A stretch of DNA of 64,000 bases, from the NCBI GenBank assembly GCA_963727445.1, contig CAVSGI010000009.1:608001-672000 (forward strand), given 5' to 3'. This document shows, piece by piece, positions 54,542-61,272 of this stretch. Both the position numbers and the translations under genes were made by a program. Each line of letters starts with the position of its first letter. Within the stretch, counting starts at the first letter, position 1. The notes under the pieces are model-generated. The model was not told the DNA's origin. It worked only from the letters and a program-made list of their open reading frames with translations, and did not search any database. Origin of the DNA: an uncultured delta proteobacterium. GTDB lineage: Bacteria > Myxococcota_A > Polyangia > Polyangiales > B10-G4.

Positions 54542-55738
54542 CTAGTTGCGTCGCTTGCCTTTGCCGCCGCGCTTGTGATCTGGACTACGTCCGCGGCCAC
54601 CCGAGCCGGGACGTCCGCCCTTCCGATCGTGATCCCGACCACCTTCTCGACGTCGATCGCGGTCCCGCCCGCCGGCGCGTCCGCGATCGCGATCCCCGTC
54701 GCGGTCCCGCCCGCCGGCGCGTCCGCGATCGCGATCCCCGTCACGGCTGCGGCCACCTTCGCGTCCGCGATCGCGATCCCGACCACCCTCGCGTCCGCGA
54801 TCCCGATCACCCTCGCGCCGGCGATCGCCGTCGCGATCGCGATCTCGATCCCGATCGCGATCACGGCCGCGGCCTCGGTCACGGTCGCGGTCGCGGTCGC
54901 GGTCTCGGTCTCGGCCGCGGTCACGGTCACGGTCACGACCGCGGCCACGGTCACGGTCGCGATCACGCCCCGGGCCGCGATCGCGATCGCGATCGCCGCC
55001 GCGGTCGCGATCGCCGCCGCGGTCGCGATCCCGTCCGCCTTCGCGACCTCGATCACGCCGTCCGCGGTCGTTCGCGATCGGGGCGAGCCGCCGACCGATC
55101 GCGCTCAGGATCTCCGGGCTCCGCTTCGCGTCCACATCCACGACCAGGCGCTCGCTCGCGCCTTCGCGCCGCACCATCAACCGCGCTTCGAGCTCGGCCT
55201 CGACGAGCGCCACTTCGGCGCGCAGCCAGGACGCCACCGCCTCTTCGCTCAGCTCGGCCGCGACGCCGCTCTCGTTCCGCCCCCGCTCGGCGAGCTCGCG
55301 CGCCTCGGCCTCATCGAGGTCGAGGAGCTGCTCGGTCATCACCGCGAAGCTCGTCAGGCTCTGCCCGCGCCAGATCTCGAGGGCCAGGGCCTCGGCCAGG
55401 AGCCCGCCCAGGCGTGCGGTCGCCGCTGGATCTTTCGGATGATCCGCCCGGGCGGCCCGCATGGCCTCGAGCCGACGTTCGCTCAGCGCCCGGGCATCGG
55501 CGTTCTTCACCCCCGGGATGAGGCGCACCGGGCGGTCGTCGCGCAGGCGGGGGCTTTGCTCCCGCGGCCGCACCCGGTCGCTCTCCCCGGCGGCCAGGTC
55601 CTCGAGGTCGGGATCGAGGGCCTTGCGCTCGTGGCGGGGCCGTCGCACGACCCCCGCGGGATCCGAAGGAGCGACTAGCTCCTCAGAATCAGGAGCCTTT
55701 TCGTCTTCGGGGGCGGGGCTATCCTTGGGGTCGATCAT
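54542..55738 (-). CDS. Hypothetical protein with a long C-terminal Arg-Asp/Gly repeat tail
   Basis: Globular-looking N-terminal ~220 aa, then ~170 aa of RD/RG repeats; divergent from rplU. Confidence 0.72.
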   Translation of the reverse strand: MIDPKDSPAPEDEKAPDSEELVAPSDPAGVVRRPRHERKALDPDLEDLAAGESDRVRPREQSPRLRDDRPVRLIPGVKNADARALSERRLEAMRAARADHPKDPAATARLGGLLAEALALEIWRGQSLTSFAVMTEQLLDLDEAEARELAERGRNESGVAAELSEEAVASWLRAEVALVEAELEARLMVRREGASERLVVDVDAKRSPEILSAIGRRLAPIANDRGRRDRGREGGRDRDRGGDRDRGGDRDRDRGPGRDRDRDRGRGRDRDRDRGRDRDRDRDRDRDRGRGRDRDRDRDRDRDGDRRREGDRDRGREGGRDRDRGREGGRSRDGDRDRGRAGGRDRDGDRDRGRAGGRDRDRRREGGRDHDRKGGRPGSGGRGRSPDHKRGGKGKRRN

Positions 55739-55829
55739 CGCTTGCCTGAACGCGCGTTTTCAGTGGGTTTTCTGCTTGCGCCAGGGTCTTTGGTTCGTAG
55801 ACTGCTCGCCCCTTATCGAGGATTGAACC

Positions 55830-56138
55830 ATGTACGCAGTGATCAAGACCGGCGGCAAGCAATATCGCGTGAGCGAAGGTGACACGCTTCGCGTGGAAAA
55901 GCTCGATGGCGACGTCGGCGCGAAGGTGGAGTTCGACGAGGTGCTGATGATCGGCGGCGACAAGGTCGCGGTCGGCAAGCCCACCGTCGCGGGTGCGAAG
56001 GTCGAAGCGGAGATCGTCGCGCAGGATCGAGCGAAGAAGATCATCGTCTTCAAGATGAAGCGCCGCAAGAACTACCGGCGCAAGCAGGGCCACCGTCAGC
56101 CCTACACCGAGCTTCGCATCACCGGCATCAGCGCCTGA
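55830..56138 (+). CDS. rplU: 50S ribosomal protein L21
   Basis: [14 protein letters not shown]...[14 protein letters not shown]. Confidence 0.98.
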   Translation: MYAVIKTGGKQYRVSEGDTLRVEKLDGDVGAKVEFDEVLMIGGDKVAVGKPTVAGAKVEAEIVAQDRAKKIIVFKMKRRKNYRRKQGHRQPYTELRITGISA

Positions 56139-56148
56139 GGTAGACGAG

Positions 56149-56424
56149 ATGGCACACAAAAAGGGACAGGGCGCCACCCGGAACGGGCGCGACTCGAACG
56201 CGCAGTACCGCGGCGTGAAGATCTTCGGCGGTCAGGAAGTGAGCGCGGGCTCCATCCTGGTTCGTCAGGTGGGCTCGAGCTTCCATGCCGGCCGCAACGT
56301 CGGCGTCGGCAAGGACTTCACCCTCTGGGCGAAGATCGACGGCGTCGTTCAGTACGAGCGCCAGGGCAAGAAGCGCCAGCGCGTCAGCGTCTACCCCAAG
56401 GGTGACGCTCGCTTGACGAACTGA
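56149..56424 (+). CDS. rpmA: 50S ribosomal protein L27
   Basis: [17 protein letters not shown]...GSILVRQ...GKDFTL; GAGGT RBS. Confidence 0.98.
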   Translation: MAHKKGQGATRNGRDSNAQYRGVKIFGGQEVSAGSILVRQVGSSFHAGRNVGVGKDFTLWAKIDGVVQYERQGKKRQRVSVYPKGDARLTN

Positions 56425-56492
56425 TTCTGCAGCGGGGTGGTCGGCAATCCAGCTCCGCGAGGCTCCGGCCCCGCTGCGCTTCGACGCCGACC

Positions 56493-57971
56493 ATGCAGCT
56501 CCCGCTTCCACTCGCAGCACTCTCGCTGCCCGCTGACGAGTCGATCCTGCCGCCCCCGCGGCGGAGGGTCTACGTCAATCGAAGCCTGCGGCTCGACCAC
56601 ATCGAGTGGGTGGGCTTCGACATGGACTACACCCTCGCCATCTACGATCAGGCGGAGATGGATCGCCTCAGCATCGAGGCGACCGCCAAGAAGATGGTCG
56701 AGCTCAAGGGTTATCCCGACCAGCTCCTCGGGATGGACTACCGCACGGATTTTCCCATCCGTGGCCTGTTGATCGATCGCAAGCGCGGCAACGTCCTCAA
56801 GATGGACCGCTACCGCTACGTGAAGCGCGCCTATCACGGGATGCGCGAGCTGAGCGCGGAGGACCGCCGCCACCTCTATCACACGCGGCGCCTGCGGCCG
56901 GGGACCAAGCGCTACCACTGGGTCGACACCCTCTACGCGCTCGCCGAGGTCACGCTCTACGCGGCGGCGGTGGAAGCGCTCGAGGCATCGGCGACGCCGG
57001 TCGACTACGTGCGCCTCTTCGACGACGTGCGCGAGTGCATCGACCTCGCGCACCGGGACGGCAGCATCAAGCAGCAGATCAAGAAGGATCCGGCGCGCTA
57101 CGTCCTCAAGGACCCGGAGCTCGGCGCCACCATTCACAAGCTCCGGAGTGCCGGCAAGCACACGTTCCTGCTGACCAACTCCTACCCGGAGATGACGCAG
57201 CACCTGATGTCGTACCTCCTCGACGACGCGCTGCCCGAGTACAGCTCCTGGAAGAACTTCTTCGACCTGATCGTCACCGCCTCCGCCAAGCCGGCGTTCT
57301 TCCTGGGCCGCCAACCCTTCCTGCGAGCCGAGCCCGGCTCGGAGCCCGAGGTCGCCCACAAGCTCGAGCGCGGCGAGATCTACATGCACGGCAACATCGT
57401 CGACCTCGAGAAGCACCTCGGCGCCGAGAGCGATCAGATCCTCTACGTCGGCGACCACATCTACGGCGATGTGCTGCGCGCGAAGAAGGAGACCGCGTGG
57501 CGCACGGCGATGATCATCCAGGAGATGGACGTCGAGCTCGACGCCCTCGCGCGGTGCACCGAGGCGATGGACCGCTTCGACACCCTGAGTGAGGCCCACG
57601 CCACGCTCATCCACGACCTGCGCGCGCGGCAGGCGGCGCTCAAGGACGTGCAGCGGGCGATCGAGAAGACGAACGGCACCCCCAGCACCGAGCTGGACGT
57701 GGCGCGGGTGCGCCTGCGCAAGTCCATCGACAAGCTGCGCAGCCGCATTCGCGCCTCCGAAGGCGAGATCTCCAAGCTGGACGAGGAGCTCGAGCAGGCC
57801 TTTCACCCCTTCTGGGGCTCGCTCTTCAAGGCGGGGCACGAGGTGAGCAGCTTCGGAGACCAGGTCGAGGACTACGCGTGCATCTACACCTCGCGGGTCT
57901 CGAATCTATTGTCCTACTCACCGATGCACTACTTCCGCAGCCCGCGGCATCGGATGGCCCACGAGGTGTGA
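56493..57971 (+). CDS. HAD-IG family 5'-nucleotidase (cN-II-like)
   Basis: VYVNRSL, GFDMDYTLAIY, FLLTNS, KPAFF, YVGDHIYGDV, WGSLFK and YACIYTSRVSN. Confidence 0.92.
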   Translation: MQLPLPLAALSLPADESILPPPRRRVYVNRSLRLDHIEWVGFDMDYTLAIYDQAEMDRLSIEATAKKMVELKGYPDQLLGMDYRTDFPIRGLLIDRKRGNVLKMDRYRYVKRAYHGMRELSAEDRRHLYHTRRLRPGTKRYHWVDTLYALAEVTLYAAAVEALEASATPVDYVRLFDDVRECIDLAHRDGSIKQQIKKDPARYVLKDPELGATIHKLRSAGKHTFLLTNSYPEMTQHLMSYLLDDALPEYSSWKNFFDLIVTASAKPAFFLGRQPFLRAEPGSEPEVAHKLERGEIYMHGNIVDLEKHLGAESDQILYVGDHIYGDVLRAKKETAWRTAMIIQEMDVELDALARCTEAMDRFDTLSEAHATLIHDLRARQAALKDVQRAIEKTNGTPSTELDVARVRLRKSIDKLRSRIRASEGEISKLDEELEQAFHPFWGSLFKAGHEVSSFGDQVEDYACIYTSRVSNLLSYSPMHYFRSPRHRMAHEV

Positions 57972-58003
57972 TCCGGAGCCCGCGCCCGGTGTAACATACG
58001 GGC

Positions 58004-58699
58004 ATGCGCCTCGAAGCGATCGCAGATGAGGTCTGGATCGCGGATGGGCCCAAGGTCTCGTTCTTCGGCTTTCCCTATCCCACGCGGATGGGTGTGGTGC
58101 GGTTGCCGAGCGGCGATCTGTGGGTGTGGTCACCGGTGGGTCTCGACGACGAGCTCGTCGCCGAAGTCAACGCGCTCGGCCCGGTGAAGCACCTCGTCGA
58201 GCCGAACAAGATCCACCACCTCGCGCTGCCCGCATGGAAGGAGCAGTGGCCCGAAGCGCTGATCTACGCGCCGCCGGGGCTGTCGACGCGAGTCCAGACC
58301 GTGCACTTCGACGTGGAGATCTTCGACGAGGAGGAGCCGGCCTTCGAGGGGGTGATCGACCACGTGATCGTCCGCGGCAGCTTCGTGATGGAGGAGGTGC
58401 TCTTCCATCATCGACCGTCGCGGACGCTCTTCGTGGGTGACCTCGTTCAGAAGCACGATCCGGATGCCTTCACCAAGTGGCAGTCCTGGATCATGAAGCT
58501 GGACGCCCTCTCCGGTGAGCACGGGAGCACCCCACGCGAGTGGCGCGCGACCTTTCTCGAGCGCGAGCCAGCGCGCGTCGCCATCCGCAAGGCCATCGCC
58601 TGGGATCCCGTGCGCATGGTCATCGCCCACGGCGCCTGGGTGCGCGAAGGCGGCGCGGACGCGCTCCGAAGCGCACTGTCCTGGCTCGGCCTCGATTGA
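58004..58699 (+). CDS. DUF4336-like protein (metallo-beta-lactamase-related fold)
   Basis: TRMGVVRL...LWVWSP, LGPVKHLVEPNKIHH, EVLFHHRPSRTL and IAHG. Confidence 0.82.
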   Translation: MRLEAIADEVWIADGPKVSFFGFPYPTRMGVVRLPSGDLWVWSPVGLDDELVAEVNALGPVKHLVEPNKIHHLALPAWKEQWPEALIYAPPGLSTRVQTVHFDVEIFDEEEPAFEGVIDHVIVRGSFVMEEVLFHHRPSRTLFVGDLVQKHDPDAFTKWQSWIMKLDALSGEHGSTPREWRATFLEREPARVAIRKAIAWDPVRMVIAHGAWVREGGADALRSALSWLGLD

Positions 58700-58708
58700 C
58701 CGGTCGAC

Positions 58709-59434
58709 TCAACCGTCGGCGCGAAGGTGGAACGTCACCTTGGCGCGGTAGCGTCGGCTACGCGGCATCGGCCAGCTTCGCACCGCGCGCGTCACACAGT
58801 CCAGGCTTGCCGCCCCCGTACCGTCGGGCGTGGAGGCTCCCGCCGAGATGACGCGGCCTCTGCGCGACACGTAGGTCGTGACCTGAACGTCGGAGTCGGC
58901 GCCACATCTCTGAAGAACGCGGCGCCCGCGTGCCCGCACGACACGCCGCACGCGTCCAGGGTCCCAGGTGATCGCTTCGCGCACCCCCACCGGCGGGTCC
59001 ATCTCGAGCGGCCAGTTGAAGTCGGCGGCGCCACCGTGTGGACGTGGGAACCGAACCGAAGCAGCGACGTCGACAATGCATCGCTCCACTTCGCGATGAC
59101 CAACGGTCGAGTCGATGGGGTGCACATGCGCGACCCGCCCGTCGGTCCCCACGTGGAACGCGAGCGTCACGCGCCCGGCGAGCATCGGGAGTCGGACCGC
59201 CTCGGAGGCGAAGCATCGGGCGAAGGACTCGTGCTTCGGGCGGAGCGCTTCACGTACCTCGTCGGTGGCGAGCGAGCCGGTCAGCCCTCGTGTTTGCATG
59301 GTGGCTCGCTCCACCCGCCTCGCCGGCATCGCCTGCGGCACCGCGCGTGCGACGTGGTGAGTGGTGTCCGGCGCAGCGCCGCATCCCAGGGTAGCGCCCA
59401 CGAACAAGGATAGGACCACGAGGAGCGGCGTCAT
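58709..59434 (-). CDS. Lipoprotein with two AgmX/PglI C-terminal-like domains
   Basis: TLGC lipobox; ARCF...GRVTLAFHVGTDGRV...STVGHREVERCI...FPRPHGG, followed by a second similar module. Confidence 0.75.
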   Translation of the reverse strand: MTPLLVVLSLFVGATLGCGAAPDTTHHVARAVPQAMPARRVERATMQTRGLTGSLATDEVREALRPKHESFARCFASEAVRLPMLAGRVTLAFHVGTDGRVAHVHPIDSTVGHREVERCIVDVAASVRFPRPHGGAADFNWPLEMDPPVGVREAITWDPGRVRRVVRARGRRVLQRCGADSDVQVTTYVSRRGRVISAGASTPDGTGAASLDCVTRAVRSWPMPRSRRYRAKVTFHLRADG

Positions 59435-59448
59435 CGCGGTGGATGTAT

Positions 59449-59464
59449 TGCGACACCCGTGCCA
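59449..59464 (-). promoter_or_regulatory. Putative sigma54 promoter
   Basis: TGGCACGGGTGTCGCA; predicted +1 about 4 nt before the ATG at 59434. Confidence 0.5.
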
Positions 59465-59569
59465 TCCCAATTCGTGAGTGCTTCTGTGAGATGTGCGTTC
59501 TTAAGACGTCACTGGTTGGAGCACCACGTGCGCCCTACGTCGACTCCACGACGCAGACTGTCCACCTGC

Positions 59570-60073
59570 TCACTGCAGGACGACGTCCTCGATCTTCTCG
59601 CCATCATCCAACTGGCAGTCGCCCACGCCGCCTTCGCTCATCCCCCGTGATGGCTCGGAGAGGGTGAAGCGGCAGCGCATGTTCCGCCCACCGGGGTTCG
59701 AGAGCGTCGCGACCACGTGCCCGCTGTAAATCCGCGCGAAGGAGTCGAAGCCGTTGCTGACGACCGAGGTGCCCCAGGGGGCCGACCAGTCCGACCAGTA
59801 CGGGTTCCAGTTCACCCAGAGCGGTGCGAGCGTGTCCGCCTCGACGGTCTGCGTGACCTCGAAGTAGCGGCCCTCGAACGCGCGCCCGTCGGGGAGGACG
59901 GTCGAGATCGACCCTTCGGTCGGCTCATCCATCTCGGAGTGCCACTCGAAAGAAACCGGCTCCTCCGTGCCGTCGTTCTCGACCAGCTCGCCAGTCGCCG
60001 TCCCCGCGGTGGCGCATCCGCTCGCTGAGAGCATCAGGAGACAGCTCACCACGGACCGAATCGTCGATGTCAT
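59570..60073 (-). CDS. Hypothetical lipoprotein
   Basis: GGAGG RBS; ASGC lipobox; MRCRF...GVGDCQ. Confidence 0.78.
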   Translation of the reverse strand: MTSTIRSVVSCLLMLSASGCATAGTATGELVENDGTEEPVSFEWHSEMDEPTEGSISTVLPDGRAFEGRYFEVTQTVEADTLAPLWVNWNPYWSDWSAPWGTSVVSNGFDSFARIYSGHVVATLSNPGGRNMRCRFTLSEPSRGMSEGGVGDCQLDDGEKIEDVVLQ

Positions 60074-60438
60074 CTGGGCCTCCGAAGTTCGTTCTGATCT
60101 GTCCGCTAGTGCCGTTTTGCAGGGTGGCTAGGGCGGGATCGACGCCGTCGTGATGGACGTCCGGGCGGCGCTCATGGAGGACGTTCGACCTTCACCTGTC
60201 CCTGAGCGCCGGAGACGTGGACGCGCCCGGCTCAGAGAGCCCTCTCGACGGTCGCGAGGACCCGGGCGCCGGGGGCCGGGCTGTCGTCATCTGTACGAAG
60301 CGCGCCGTGGCCGGCGTGGGGCGGTCGAGGAGGGCGTCGGCGTGCAGCGGCGAGAGCGACTGGTAGGGCCGGGGGTGTCGACTGGGCCGCAGGCGCTGCC
60401 GAGCGTGGCGACCAGCACTCCGATGCTGTGGACGCGCC

Positions 60439-61164
60439 TCACGACATCGCGATCCTGTGCCAGCCGATCATGCCGCCCTCCATCGAGGCGACGGCCTCGA
60501 AGCCCATCTGCGACAGGACCTCCGTCGCGCGCGCCGACCGACCGCCCGAAGCGCAGTGGATCACCAGCGGCTGGTCCTTCGGCCACTGCGAAGCCGCGGC
60601 GAGGAGCACGCCGAGGGGGACGTGCTCCGCCTGGAGGATCACGCCCATCGGGCCGAGTCGTTCGCCCTCTTCGCGCACGTCCACGAGCTTGAAGCGGCCC
60701 AGGTTCTGGGCGACCCACGCCGCAGAGACCTCCGCGATCCCGTTGGTCCGATAGATCGCGCTCGCCAGGTTCTGCGCGTTGGCGTTCTTCTCCTCTTCGA
60801 GGATGTTCTTTCGATGTTCGACGTCGTGGGTCCACGCGAGCATCCCGCCTTCGACCGAAGCCACCGCCCTGTAGCCTGCATCCGCGAGCGCCGAGGCGGC
60901 GAGGGCCGAGCGCCGGCCGGAGCGGCAGATGAAGACCACTGGCTCCTCCGGGTCGAAGGGGACGCCCCGGGTCAGCACGCTAGCGAGGGGCAGGTTCTGC
61001 ACGTTGGGGACCGAGCCCAGCGGGCCCGTGAGCTCGTGCGGCTCCCGAACGTCCAGGAGATGCACGTGGTCGAGATGCTCGGCGAGCCAGGTCGCGCTGA
61101 TCTCGGGGTTTCCGTTGTCTCGATAGGTGGCGGCCGCGAGCACGGCCTTGGCGTCGGTGTTCAT
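60439..61164 (-). CDS. Tandem rhodanese-like domain protein (sulfurtransferase)
   Basis: Two repeats: LDVREPHE...ICRSGRRS...EGGMLAW and VDVREE...HCASGGRS...EGGMIGW. Confidence 0.88.
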   Translation of the reverse strand: MNTDAKAVLAAATYRDNGNPEISATWLAEHLDHVHLLDVREPHELTGPLGSVPNVQNLPLASVLTRGVPFDPEEPVVFICRSGRRSALAASALADAGYRAVASVEGGMLAWTHDVEHRKNILEEEKNANAQNLASAIYRTNGIAEVSAAWVAQNLGRFKLVDVREEGERLGPMGVILQAEHVPLGVLLAAASQWPKDQPLVIHCASGGRSARATEVLSQMGFEAVASMEGGMIGWHRIAMS

Positions 61165-61272
61165 GACCGAGCCGAGTCGCAAATCGCAGGCCAGCGTGGA
61201 AACGTCGCCGATTGTCGGCGAGCGAAACGAGTTGCAACCATCCGGCGGCGCCGCGAAACACGGCGCGGGCGC

